Assembly: GCA_038321985.1 (NCBI GenBank)
Contig: JBBQFN010000004.1
Location: 1 to 64,000, forward strand
DNA from: Cyanophyceae cyanobacterium
GTDB lineage: Bacteria > Cyanobacteriota > Cyanobacteriia > Cyanobacteriales > Laspinemataceae
Length of the DNA: 64,000 bases
Direction: 5' to 3'
Position 1 is the first letter of the stretch. Each line of letters starts with the position of its first letter. A program made the position numbers and the translations under genes. Positions 22,595 to 33,800 of the stretch are shown piece after piece. The notes beneath the pieces were generated by a model. It was given only the letters and a program-made list of their open reading frames with translations. It was not told where the DNA came from and did no database searches.

Positions 22595-24445
22595 GTGGGG
22601 GAAACAGTAAAATACAAGGATAAACGGCGAGTTTCTTGGCCGATCGCCGCTGGTGTTTTGGCCGTCGCAACCCTTGGCGCGTGGGTTGTTTATAGTCGGG
22701 TCCTGAATCCATCAGCAAGCGCGGTGGAGATAAGCACAATTGTGGTGGAACTGGGAACGATTGAAATCTCGGTTAACAATAGTGGCATTGTCGAATTTGG
22801 CGGCCAACAAACTCTCAAATCTCCCACGGATGGGACGGTGGATCAGGTTTTGGTGCGGGTTGGCGATCGCGTCCCATCCGGTGGGGAATTAATTACTCTC
22901 CGAAACAATATTGAGGAACAAACCAATGTTGCAATTAAACCCTTAGAAATTCGTGAAAAACAGCTTGCTCTTGCCAATACGGAACGAAAAGTTTTGGAGG
23001 CGCAGGACAATCTAACCATTGCTCAAAAGGAACTTCAACAGCTACTTCACGAGAATATTTCCCGAGAAAGTCAACTGGCGGCCAAGGAATCAACCCGTCG
23101 AGAACAATTACTCAATCTGGAAACTAATCGCCAAAAATTGGGGGAAGTCCAACAAAAATTAAGGGAAGCTCAACAAGAGTTGACTCGTTTAAATGCGGCT
23201 GGATCTCAAAAACTCCAAACTCAATTGGCTCAGTTAAACGTGGATATTGAAAAAGAGAACCTTAACCTCCGAACCAACCGCCTCAGCGTGATTGACAAAC
23301 AGGAAGAACTCGCTACCGCACAACAAAAACTCCGAGAGGACCAAGACTTAGCGCAACGAGGATTTATTGCGGAACAAGAGGCTCAAGGCCAAGAAAGTGT
23401 AGTTCGTAGCGCTGAGTTTTCACTCCAGCAAGCGGAGGTGGCGGTGACTCAAACGCTTCTGGATTTAGAGAAAATTCAACTCCAACGAAAAAACATTGAA
23501 GAAGAATTGGCGGATGAGCTAGAGACTGCACAAAAAGAGGTGGAAACGGAACAGGAAATTATAAGAACTGTAGAGGCAGATATCCGGAGTACGATGTTTG
23601 AGTTGGAACGGACTGAAATTGAGTTAGATAAACTCCGTCGGGAACCGAATACGGAGGTAGAGGCGGCAGGGAAGGCGGTACGAGAGGCAGAAACTCAATT
23701 GCGGGAAGTGCGATCGCAATTCAACCAAGAAAGGCTACAACTAGAGAAACTGGAAATTTCTATTCAAAATACCCAGGAACAGTTAGCACAAAATATCGTA
23801 GCCACTCCGATTGATGCGACGATTTTACAGGTTATGGTCAAAGATGGAGATGGGATCGGACGTGGGGATGATTTGCTCACATTAGGAGACCCGTCTCAAG
23901 AGTTTGTGAATCTTCAGCTTTCGACCTTGGATGCCTCACAAGTCAAACCTCAGCAGGAAGCGCGGATCACGGTAATCGGACCTAATGCTCAGGTCTATTC
24001 GGGGGTTGTGCAGAAGATTTCTCCCTTAGCAATTACCGGGGAAAGTAGTTCGGAACGGACAGGAACACAAGCATCAGTGCCTGCTACGATTAAGCTGGAG
24101 AATCCGACGGGGAGTTTGATTCCCGGTGCACAAGTGAGTGTGGAAATTATTGTGCAGCAGCTTAAAGATGTGGTGGCGTTACCGATTGAAGTGATTCAAC
24201 GGGATGCTCCTCAACCTTATATTTGGACGGTGGATGCTCAAAATAAGGTGCAGAAACAATCCATTGAGTTAGGTTTGGAAGGGGTGACTCAGGTGGAGAT
24301 TAAATCTGGACTGGCACCGGGGGATCAAGTGGTGCTGCCGCCTTCAGATGTATCTTTAGAACCGGGGATGGTGGTGGCGATCGCCACAGGGGAAGCAGAA
24401 AAGGACGGGGAAGAGGGTTCCGGGAGACGACGGCGAAGGAATTAA
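22595..24445 (+). CDS. Efflux periplasmic adaptor (HlyD/MacA-like) with long coiled coil
   Basis: N-terminal TM, lipoyl half-motifs (TLKSPTDGTVDQVLVRVGDRV / IVATPIDATILQVMVKDGD), C-terminal VEIKSGLAPGDQVV. Confidence 0.88.
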   Translation: MGETVKYKDKRRVSWPIAAGVLAVATLGAWVVYSRVLNPSASAVEISTIVVELGTIEISVNNSGIVEFGGQQTLKSPTDGTVDQVLVRVGDRVPSGGELITLRNNIEEQTNVAIKPLEIREKQLALANTERKVLEAQDNLTIAQKELQQLLHENISRESQLAAKESTRREQLLNLETNRQKLGEVQQKLREAQQELTRLNAAGSQKLQTQLAQLNVDIEKENLNLRTNRLSVIDKQEELATAQQKLREDQDLAQRGFIAEQEAQGQESVVRSAEFSLQQAEVAVTQTLLDLEKIQLQRKNIEEELADELETAQKEVETEQEIIRTVEADIRSTMFELERTEIELDKLRREPNTEVEAAGKAVREAETQLREVRSQFNQERLQLEKLEISIQNTQEQLAQNIVATPIDATILQVMVKDGDGIGRGDDLLTLGDPSQEFVNLQLSTLDASQVKPQQEARITVIGPNAQVYSGVVQKISPLAITGESSSERTGTQASVPATIKLENPTGSLIPGAQVSVEIIVQQLKDVVALPIEVIQRDAPQPYIWTVDAQNKVQKQSIELGLEGVTQVEIKSGLAPGDQVVLPPSDVSLEPGMVVAIATGEAEKDGEEGSGRRRRRN

Positions 24446-24494
24446 CTTCCCATCGGTGACTTATAAAGTGAGTTTTAAGGAAGGGAGCAGCCGG

Positions 24495-25673
24495 ATGAGT
24501 CTAAGTGTACTCGATTTAATCAGGATTAGTTGTGATTCTCTGCGGGGAAATCGCTTGCGATCGACCTTGACAACCTTGGGAGTGTTTATGGGGGTAACGG
24601 CAGTGAGTGCTACTCTGCAAGTGAGAACAATTAGCACATCGGTGATTTATGCAGAAATGGAAAAGCGCGAAGCACCGCAAGTTCAGGCGATGGAGTGGTC
24701 TCGCGGTGACAGCAAACTGCGGGTAGAAGATGTGGGATATTTAAAAAGTCGCTTGACTGGGGTGCAAGAGATCGGTACAATCGCTGGGATAGATTACGAC
24801 GCCAGCATCATATTTGAGCAAAACGAAGGGTCGGCCAGGGTCACTGCGGTTTCTGAAGACTACTTACAGATTGCTGGTCGCTCTATCTTGCAAGGACGAT
24901 TTTTTAGTGAGGCGGATTTTACCAGCTATCGGTCGGTTGCGGTAATTGATAAAGTCTTACGGGATCAAATCTTTGAAGAAATTAATCCTGTTGGCAAACG
25001 AATTTATTATAATGGTCGATTGTATATCGTCATCGGTCTAGTCGATACCAAGCTCCAGTATCAGGATGAGGAACCCAGTGGGGAAATCTTGGTGCCGATG
25101 TCGCTTTATGCTGCACTTACAGGTCGCCGCAATATCGGGATGATTTTGATCCGACCCCAGCAAATGGAACAGATGAATTCTTTGGAAGAACGAGTTGAAC
25201 AACTGTTAACCCAGCGATACCCTGATGGGAATGTCCATACTTGGAATAATTTCAGTGATATTCTAGAGCAGAAAAAAACCCTAGATATGGTTTCGCGAGC
25301 ATTGTTGGCAGTGGGAGCAATTGCCTTGTTGGTAGGGGGAGTGGGAATTGCTAATATTACGATCGCAGCCGTGATGGAACGGACGCCGGAAATTGGCCTG
25401 CGTCGTGCAGTCGGTGCGACGGAGGGGGATATTATGTGCCAGTTTATTTTAGAGGCGGCGATTTTGAGTCTTATCGGGGGGGTATTGGCGATTTCAACGG
25501 TACATGGATTGACGGTGGTGGTGGCCGATCGCTTTGAGTTGCCTTATGAATTTGAGACGAAAACTGCTGGATTGGCGCTGGGTGCGGCGCTGTTAGTGGG
25601 GGTGGGTGCCGGATTTTTGCCAGCGATGCAAGCGAGTAAGTTAGATCCGGTACAAGCATTGCGATCGCGCTAG
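24495..25673 (+). CDS. ABC transporter permease (MacB/FtsX-like)
   Basis: NRLRSTLTTLGV, GGVGIANI, ERTPEIGLRRAVGA, ASKLDPVQALR; possible alternative GTG start at 24456. Confidence 0.9.
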   Translation: MSLSVLDLIRISCDSLRGNRLRSTLTTLGVFMGVTAVSATLQVRTISTSVIYAEMEKREAPQVQAMEWSRGDSKLRVEDVGYLKSRLTGVQEIGTIAGIDYDASIIFEQNEGSARVTAVSEDYLQIAGRSILQGRFFSEADFTSYRSVAVIDKVLRDQIFEEINPVGKRIYYNGRLYIVIGLVDTKLQYQDEEPSGEILVPMSLYAALTGRRNIGMILIRPQQMEQMNSLEERVEQLLTQRYPDGNVHTWNNFSDILEQKKTLDMVSRALLAVGAIALLVGGVGIANITIAAVMERTPEIGLRRAVGATEGDIMCQFILEAAILSLIGGVLAISTVHGLTVVVADRFELPYEFETKTAGLALGAALLVGVGAGFLPAMQASKLDPVQALRSR

Positions 25674-25714
25674 GATTTGATACATAGAAGGAAAGGACAA
25701 GGGGTATAAGGGGT

Positions 25715-27730
25715 ATGCATCACAATCAAGATACAAAGAATTCCGAAATGACCAGCGCTGATAAGACCAAGCAACGGCCTGTTTGGGTGACACCGACAAT
25801 CAGTTTGGTGGCGGCTATTTTTGGTACATCTTTGACGCTGTTGGCGGGAAGCAAATTTCACGAAGGCGGGATTGCCGAGGAACTGACTCCGGAAGCAGTT
25901 ACGGTGTCAGAGTTGGCATTTTCCCCGGTTACTTCGCCCGAACTCACTTTTTCACCCCAAGGGGATATTCCCTCTGTAGTTGGGGATTTGTTGTCTCCCT
26001 TGACGTCGAATTTTCCCAGTCCCTCTACAGTTTCGGCACCTGGAAAAACGACTGAATCAGCGGGTGAGGTGAGAAACAATGCACCTCAAATTGATGTTTT
26101 ACCACCAGCAGAAACAGTTAACAAGATAGAAATAGAACGGCCTGGGAGAGCATCAGAAATGGAAGTGCCTCAAAGAGATCGCCTTGAGCAAAGTGAAGTG
26201 ATTTCCCAGAGTCTTCCCCGTTTACCGGAGGAGTCGAACAACCCCAGTGGCGATCGCGATTTAGACCCAGCTATACTACCTTTATTTGAGAATCGGCCTG
26301 GGGAATTGCAGCGAGTTCCGGTGACGGTTCCTGCCGTTCCCGAGACTCCTGGCGATCGCCTCCCCGAGGGAATTCCCGTAACCCTGGTGGAGGTGGTGGG
26401 TTTAGCCGTCCAAAATAACCGAGACATTAAAAATGCCTATCTAGAGCGTCTCGCACAACGAGCTAATTTAGCCGTTGCTTTAGATAAATTTCAACCCATT
26501 TTTACCCCAGAGATTTCGGTGGGTCTCAATCAAAATGGTGTCGGGAATGCCAGCAGTAACTCCGCCGAAATTATCGCCGGTTCAAGGGTCACTCTGCGAA
26601 TGCCTACCGGCGGAGAACTTAGTGCAAGTTGGAACATGGGAGGCATTACCCAAAGTAGTAATCAAGGGGAAATTATTGATGAAAATCGCGTAAATCAAGG
26701 GCTTTCATTGAATTTTAGTCAACCTTTATTACAGGGTTTTGGCCGCGATGTCAATATGGCCTCCATTAAAATTGCCCAATTTACCGAAACCATCAATAAA
26801 TTGAGCTTAAATTCAACCTTAATCGATATCATTACCAATGCAATTTTCGGGTATCGGGAACTGCTAAAAGCCCAGGAATCGGTTAAAATTGCAGAGAATT
26901 CTCTGAAAACTGCTCAAGAGATTTTTGAGATTAACCGTGTGTTGGTAGAAGCAGGAAGACAGGCGCGAATCGAGTTAGTCCAAAATGAAAGAAATATTGC
27001 CAGCCGACAAGTGCAGCTACTAGGCGCACAGAATAACTTTGAACAGGTACGATTAGATTTGCTCAAAATTTTGGATGTTGAAGATTTTCCCCTTATCCCT
27101 GGGGAAGAAATTGTGGTGGAAAATAAAGAACTAAATGAACCTGAACTGAAACAGTTAGCTTTACAACATAGTGCAGCTTACCTCAATGCAGAACTAGCGG
27201 TAGAAATTGCCAAATTAAATTTAATTTTAGCACAAGATGAAAGGCGTTGGGATATGAATATAAATGCCACTTATGGGAGTAATTTGCAGTCGAGAACTGA
27301 TGATAGTAATGAGGTTAGACTGGGGATTGGTTTGAGTCGAAATTTTGGCGATCGCAGCTTTGATAGTCGTGTAGAAGAAGAACGAGTGAATCTGTTACAA
27401 TTTGAAAATGACCGAGATGATCAACGAGATAATCTCTTAATTCAAGTTGGCGATCAGGTACGGAATGCCAATTTACTCCGACAACAAGTAAATTTAGCGC
27501 AGCAGGAGCGAGAATTTGCCGAACAAAACCTGGTAAATCAACGAATATTACTGCAATTAGGTAAAGGCTCGATTCGGGATATTATCATCGCTCAAGAGGA
27601 AGTGATCAGTGCGAATGATGGGGAATTGAATGCACAAATTGCCTATCTCAATGCCTTGACACAGTTAGAACAAACCGTAGGAACAACCTTGGAAACCTGG
27701 CAGATTACGGTGGAAACGCCGGAAGAGTGA
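25715..27730 (+). CDS. TolC family outer-membrane efflux protein
   Basis: VTLVEVVGLAVQNNRDIK, FSQPLLQGFG, AQIAYLNALTQLEQTVGTTL; low-complexity N-terminal extension. Confidence 0.88.
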   Translation: MHHNQDTKNSEMTSADKTKQRPVWVTPTISLVAAIFGTSLTLLAGSKFHEGGIAEELTPEAVTVSELAFSPVTSPELTFSPQGDIPSVVGDLLSPLTSNFPSPSTVSAPGKTTESAGEVRNNAPQIDVLPPAETVNKIEIERPGRASEMEVPQRDRLEQSEVISQSLPRLPEESNNPSGDRDLDPAILPLFENRPGELQRVPVTVPAVPETPGDRLPEGIPVTLVEVVGLAVQNNRDIKNAYLERLAQRANLAVALDKFQPIFTPEISVGLNQNGVGNASSNSAEIIAGSRVTLRMPTGGELSASWNMGGITQSSNQGEIIDENRVNQGLSLNFSQPLLQGFGRDVNMASIKIAQFTETINKLSLNSTLIDIITNAIFGYRELLKAQESVKIAENSLKTAQEIFEINRVLVEAGRQARIELVQNERNIASRQVQLLGAQNNFEQVRLDLLKILDVEDFPLIPGEEIVVENKELNEPELKQLALQHSAAYLNAELAVEIAKLNLILAQDERRWDMNINATYGSNLQSRTDDSNEVRLGIGLSRNFGDRSFDSRVEEERVNLLQFENDRDDQRDNLLIQVGDQVRNANLLRQQVNLAQQEREFAEQNLVNQRILLQLGKGSIRDIIIAQEEVISANDGELNAQIAYLNALTQLEQTVGTTLETWQITVETPEE

Positions 27731-27849
27731 AAGGCGATGCCGGGTTTGTCTGGATAGGATGGAGTTCAGGGATTTGAGGAAAGGCGAGTCGATTGACCCA
27801 GTTGTGATAGACTACTAAAAATCAGCAAAATCAGGAAGGAGTAAGCATC

Positions 27850-30800
27850 GTGGTTAACCAACTTTCAGGGGGTAACGATGGGTTGCAACCTGTGGACTAC
27901 AGCTACATTTTACAGCAGATTTCCCGAGAAATTCAGGGTCAGAATCTATTTACACTATCTCGAGATCGCCGTCGATTACGAATGGATATCGATGGCATTG
28001 CGACAGCAGTTGCCAAGACTCCGGGTCTCCAAAATCCCCTAACTTCCGCCAACGGTGTGCGATCGGCCTCGGTGAAATTTACGGAACGGATTAAGGAGCA
28101 ATTTAGTCAGCAAATTCAGGACATTCAAGACCAGTTGCAACAGCAACTCGAAGAAACAATGGGGTCTCCAGAGGCGATCGCGGCGATGGTGGCAGGTTTA
28201 ATCAGTGATTTATCCGAGTATCAAGGAACCGCCAGACCCTTTGGGTTAAACTTCAATTTTGTCGGTTCCAGTCCGACTCTGCAAAAACAAAAAATTAGGT
28301 TAGAAAATAACCGTCCAGGCAGCGAATCTCTGCTCAAGTTTCATAAACTCACTATATCTGTTCAGAAGGTTGATCGCTTTGCTTCGGACTTAAAAACCGC
28401 GATCGCCACCTACATCGAAACCCAACTTGCTCCCGATAATGAAAATGATAAACAAGAGTTATTTGACTGGTTGAATAAATTAGTTATCGATGACTTTTCA
28501 GATTTTTATCAACTGCAAAAACTGATAGATATGGAAAGTTTGGGAAAGCTCAAAAAAGAAGCTAAAATTTTTTATTTAAAATATCTTTACGAGCATCTCG
28601 AGAGTACCGATACCCGAGGAAAAATTTATCTGGAAGATTTAATCCGGCGGTTAGAGTTAATCGAAAAGTATATCAATAATCCGGAAAAATCCGATAGTGA
28701 TTATGACGTCACTTATGCCGGAGTGACGGTTAACTATAAAGAGGCTTTTGCTCGCGCCGAAGTATTTGATGCACTGCCGATTATTCCGATTATTGCTGGA
28801 AATTTAGGCGAACATACCGATAAAAATGGTGGCAACCGGGAGTTTATTTTTGGACTGAAACTGAAGTTGGCTGGAAAGATTCAAAATCAAGATGGATTAG
28901 GGGTTTTGGAGTATAACCTGGATCTGCTCAATCCGGATAAGGAGAAACATCGGGAGGCGATCGCAGACCCAACCCAGACCCAGAGTTTTGTCAGAAAGGT
29001 CTTAATTCGCTTCTTTTTATATTATTTTATTTTCGCCTCTCCCTATAATCCCCAAGACCCAAATTATCAACCCCCGCAAGAATTAGAGTATCAACCGGAT
29101 GTCCGATTTGATGAAAAGGTCATGCCAATTTTGCGCGGGTCCGATGAACACAAAAAATACATCCTATTTCGCGGACTGGTCCAAGGGATGAAACAATCCA
29201 ACGTGGAGTTAAAAATTAACCAACTCAAGAATTTACTCAAAACCCTTCTCAAGCGACAAGGTATTTTACCAACTCGGATTTATCCACGACAGATTAACCT
29301 CCAAAAACAGATACTCCAAAGAGATATTAATATTGCCATTCAGGGTCGTTTTTTACAACCTGCCGTGGAGAATAATCTGAAAGAAGGGTTGCAATATGTA
29401 ACCATTACTAACCCGGGTCTGGAGGAAACAGCACTGTGTCAGTTAAAAGCAAGTTTCACTCTGGAAGACCTCCGTTATTTTCCTGAACCCAAACAGGAAG
29501 AATTGACCTGGCAATACAATATTGCCGGACTCTCGGTTTTGCCAATTATTTGCACTCCCACCGCAAATGTTTGCTGGAATTGTTACCAAACTAACTTACA
29601 ACAGCAAAATAAGTTGATTTTGTGGTCTTACGATAATACTCGTCTCAACCCCGGGGAATTTGATGCGCCTCAGACCTTTGCCTATCGCTTCACTTGGACC
29701 GTTTTGTCCTATATCTGTTTAGATTTACTGTTAAAAAAAGCACCAAAAAACCTATTTATTCCCTTTGTGCGCTTGCATCAGGGGAGTTCGGAAAATCCTT
29801 TTCCCGCCGAGAAGTTTTTGGCGAACCTCTGTAAAATATTGTCTTATTTGCTCAGTAGTCGGTATCAGTCGAATTGCCAAGGGTTTCGGATACGAAATCT
29901 GAATCAATATACCTTGGGAAATGGGTTAAATTCTTTATATTCGGTATTGCCGAAGACTTTTCGATTCACCCATACAACTGCGCCATTGCAACTCGATAAA
30001 CTGGCGATCGCCATTGTTTCCAGTCGCGAGAGTGATGCCAGTACGCAAAATCAAAATCCCCGCAACCGGATTGCCAATGTCACTGGAGAAATTATCAGCA
30101 TCCAGCGACAGCAACCCGGAACAGTTCAAATCGAACGACTGCATACCTTCAGTGATAATTACTCCCTCCATCGTTTATATCGGGAACCCCCCATTTTAAT
30201 TGAAACCATCAACCAACTCTATCGCCAAGGATATCGGCATATCCTGTATGTGGCGCAGGCACCCTATACCAGTACCTTGCATATCACCCGAGGCGATCGC
30301 GATGATGACCTATATTTTATGTCTCCAACTCTGATTACTGCCTTAATTAAAAACAACCCGGACCTCAAAATTTATCCCATCTTTTTCGATAAATATTACG
30401 TCCGAAAATTAAAAAAGACAGGGGTCACCGGGTTCGTTGTTCAAGATACAGAACAATTAACGACCTTAACCCAAGACCCTCAGCAACAGGCAGTGGTTTT
30501 TCTGAATTTATTTAACGGGATTAGCGTTGGCAACAATTCCGATGAGCGATTTTACAATGGCGTTATTTCCTATTCGACTTTAGTCGGAAATTTTTATGAG
30601 GGAGTCATGGATGACCAATCCATTCGCCAGGATTTGATTTACAATAGTCCCCTCAAACAAGATATTGTGGAATATTTGACCCTGTTTCACTTCTATCGGT
30701 TTGAACGTCAAAACCTCCAGAGTTTAAAGCTAGACCCTTATGAGACTTTAATCGGAGATAATTCCTTTAGTGCTTTATCTATTTTTGAACAGATGACGCC

Positions 30801-30879
30801 AAGGGTTGATTTTAATGCTTTGGCCTTTTTGACCGAGGTTAAGAAAGTGTTGGATTTGCGGAAGAGGGAAAACCGATGA
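27850..30879 (+). CDS. Large hypothetical protein (1009 aa); C-terminal ~380 aa resembles a divergent inactive MID-PIWI module
   Basis: Long ORF with GTG start after AGGAG and ATGA overlap with the next gene. ORF is certain; the PIWI-like call is inferred from motif and strand/helix order only. Confidence 0.6.
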   Translation: MVNQLSGGNDGLQPVDYSYILQQISREIQGQNLFTLSRDRRRLRMDIDGIATAVAKTPGLQNPLTSANGVRSASVKFTERIKEQFSQQIQDIQDQLQQQLEETMGSPEAIAAMVAGLISDLSEYQGTARPFGLNFNFVGSSPTLQKQKIRLENNRPGSESLLKFHKLTISVQKVDRFASDLKTAIATYIETQLAPDNENDKQELFDWLNKLVIDDFSDFYQLQKLIDMESLGKLKKEAKIFYLKYLYEHLESTDTRGKIYLEDLIRRLELIEKYINNPEKSDSDYDVTYAGVTVNYKEAFARAEVFDALPIIPIIAGNLGEHTDKNGGNREFIFGLKLKLAGKIQNQDGLGVLEYNLDLLNPDKEKHREAIADPTQTQSFVRKVLIRFFLYYFIFASPYNPQDPNYQPPQELEYQPDVRFDEKVMPILRGSDEHKKYILFRGLVQGMKQSNVELKINQLKNLLKTLLKRQGILPTRIYPRQINLQKQILQRDINIAIQGRFLQPAVENNLKEGLQYVTITNPGLEETALCQLKASFTLEDLRYFPEPKQEELTWQYNIAGLSVLPIICTPTANVCWNCYQTNLQQQNKLILWSYDNTRLNPGEFDAPQTFAYRFTWTVLSYICLDLLLKKAPKNLFIPFVRLHQGSSENPFPAEKFLANLCKILSYLLSSRYQSNCQGFRIRNLNQYTLGNGLNSLYSVLPKTFRFTHTTAPLQLDKLAIAIVSSRESDASTQNQNPRNRIANVTGEIISIQRQQPGTVQIERLHTFSDNYSLHRLYREPPILIETINQLYRQGYRHILYVAQAPYTSTLHITRGDRDDDLYFMSPTLITALIKNNPDLKIYPIFFDKYYVRKLKKTGVTGFVVQDTEQLTTLTQDPQQQAVVFLNLFNGISVGNNSDERFYNGVISYSTLVGNFYEGVMDDQSIRQDLIYNSPLKQDIVEYLTLFHFYRFERQNLQSLKLDPYETLIGDNSFSALSIFEQMTPRVDFNALAFLTEVKKVLDLRKRENR

Positions 30880-33800
30880 TCGCCGAAGAACTGGGACGGT
30901 TGTTTGAGGTGGGATTTAATATTGGGATTCTGGCCTATGTTGAACAAAACCAAATTAAGCATCAATTTGGAGATTTATATCGCCAGGATTTGCAGCAGTT
31001 AAACTTATCCAAAATGGTCAAGCGGATTGCAAAAAAACAGGAGGCGATCGCACCGAATCATTTGGAAATTTTGGACCGATGGAGTCGCTTCTTTATCCAG
31101 AAAGGGTTTCTCTCGGGGTTAAATTTCTTTCGGGAGTATCTGCAATCTACTGACTGGAGTCAGCGCCAGCAAAAACACTTAGAAATTATCTACTATCAAT
31201 GCAGTTTTAGCGGCGATAATAGTATGGGAACTTATTCTAAAGATCCCATCAAACACTGTGGGGAAGTCTTATCTCAGTTTCCGACCCTCGACTCCACCCA
31301 AATGAACCGAATCATTGATCAATATCATGGACTAGAAAAATCTCGCTGGAAAAAGGGGGAGTTTTTACATTCAGATAGTTTAATGTTGTTGCGCTGTCGT
31401 CAGGAGTACCGGATAGTCTGCGTCGATTTATCCATCTTTTCCGTGCGATCGGCAGAGGATATTGTTCCCCTGGATGATGTGGAAGTCTTGCGGAATCTCC
31501 TGATTGGAGAACTGAATCATTTACGGTCCAAAAGTGTCTTTGCCAAGTTGCACCTGGATACCGGGGTAAATCCTCCTTTAGAGATTAATTTTTCTCAAGA
31601 TTTGCGTTACTATTTGACGGCGTTTAAGCGTCGGGATAAAGAAAGCACTAAATTAATTCAGGCGGGTTCTTACGCGCATAGTTTCTATGGATTTTTGCAG
31701 GAAAACCAGCTATTACCAGAGGATGCCGACCTGGTATTTAATGTGATTGGATATAGCGATCGCCAAATTGCCACGATTGCCTTACGTCCCGACAACCTGC
31801 ATTTTTTAGCAACCTGTGCCGACCTTTATAAAAATGAACCAAAAGAGCAAGAACTAAAAACCACACGAACCAAGGTTTTAAATCAAATTCAACGGAGTGC
31901 AGCGCGGAGTTTTATCAATGGCAAAGAATTTGTAGAAAAGTTAGCTAAAATTCCGGTTACTTCGTCCGAATCAGGGATTCGGGAAGTCATGCATCAAGAA
32001 CGCATTGAAGGGTTTTTTAACTCCGTGGGGATTCTGCCACCGGAATTGGCGACTCCCTTGGGATTGCCGGAAGGATTGACTCTGCGAAATGCACATTCAG
32101 ACTTAATTAAAAAAGCGCTGACTTCGGAAGAGATTTATCTATTTTTAACCGGGAATCCGGGGATTGGCAAAACAACAGCGATCGCCAATTTTTTGCAGTC
32201 TCATTTTGACGAGGGGTTTTTATTTCTGTATATCAGTCCTCGCACACAAGTCAATCTGGATATTATCGATAAGTTCAAATCTGCAACGGGTACTCTCTGT
32301 GACGATCGCCTCTGGTGTGTGACGAGTAACTCCACGATTATTAAAGAAAACAGAGGATTTCCCACAGTTCGATATCAGTCTAATTCCCGTCGGAATCATT
32401 TTACCGCCAATGCCGTTGATTTTATCCCTACGGAGGGGGAAGTGCGATCGCCACATCAACATCGATCCTCTCGGTTGCATCCCATCACCGATGATCGGTT
32501 TCGCGATCGCGGGGAAAAAACTGCCGGAGTGCTTTCCAGTATTTGTAGTGGACTTCATACCGTCATCAGCGATCGCCTTTCCAACCAGATAATCGCCACC
32601 GTTGCCATTCAATCCTTGCGCGTCACCCCCAACGGCAATGATACTTTGCGCCATTTGGATAAAATCTTCCGAAGTGCTTGCAACAAACAAACCGGGGTCA
32701 TTCCCGCCAAAATGCAGGGGATATCTCACCGCATCAAACATCTGTTTATTATGATTGATGAAATCACCGGAGATGATAGCGGCGTTCACTTTCTAAAAGG
32801 ACTCGGGACATTTTTACGAAACCATGAGTTAACCGATTCCCGACATGGATTTAATACCAAAATCATTGTCGCTGATGCTTCCCTGGTGGAGTCCGAGGTG
32901 ATTAATCAACATCTTTCCCAAACCTCTCCTGAACCGGATAAAATTTATTTTCGCCTTGCCAAAAAACAGAATGCACCCCTGTCTATCGAACACTTTAAAT
33001 TTGCCAAATTGGGTGCTTGTGCCATTAATGCCAACTCTTATCCCGCCAGTCACTTAGATATTACTTATAAAATATTTGTGGAGTTCGTCAAATTTAGCGA
33101 CACTCTTTTCCAAGAAAAAGAACGTCCTCTCATTGAAAGGATGCAGTCTCAATTAGTTACAGATATCCAGCGCCTATTAAGCAATCCAGAAACTCGGCAA
33201 ATCTTGGTCTATATCCAAGATAAAAAACGATTGCAAGATATCATCACTCTCCTGGAAGAACGCCTGGAAACTTTTTTACCTTATACCGATTATCTGGAAA
33301 TTCATGCAAATCTATCCGACGCTGATAAACTCAAGATTCAAACCCACAAAGAAGGGGTAAAAGTCGTCTTTATGACCTCTTCCGCCAGTCGCGGATTATC
33401 CTTTCCTAAAGCGCAACATATCTTAGTTGAAATTCCCCGATTTCAAATTGAGCAAAATCTCATGGAAGTGATTCAGGTAATTTATCGTGCCAGGGGAGAG
33501 TATCGGGAAAATGGGGTCCGGCAAACCTTAGATACAGAAGCAAAATCCCTGATATTTTACTTAGGCGATCGCGCCATTGATTATCCCCCCTCCGAACCAC
33601 TGACCCCAGAAGAAACCCTAAAAAACCGGCAAATTTCCCGGCAAGAAAGTATCTTAACCCTCTTAAATCTATTACTCATTCTTAAAGTCTCCATCATGAC
33701 CCGGATTGTCGGTTCTGGACCCTTGGGGAGAAAAGAATGCTTGATGATTCCCATTGGTGGTAAATCAATCTCCTCCGTCGGCATGACCTTGAGTGGGGAA

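Noticed and set aside
27731..27849. CRISPR array or guide locus flanking the helicase operon (also checked 34608-34733)
   Set aside because: No regularly spaced repeats. The helicase has no evident HD domain and no cas genes are nearby, so it is not called Cas3
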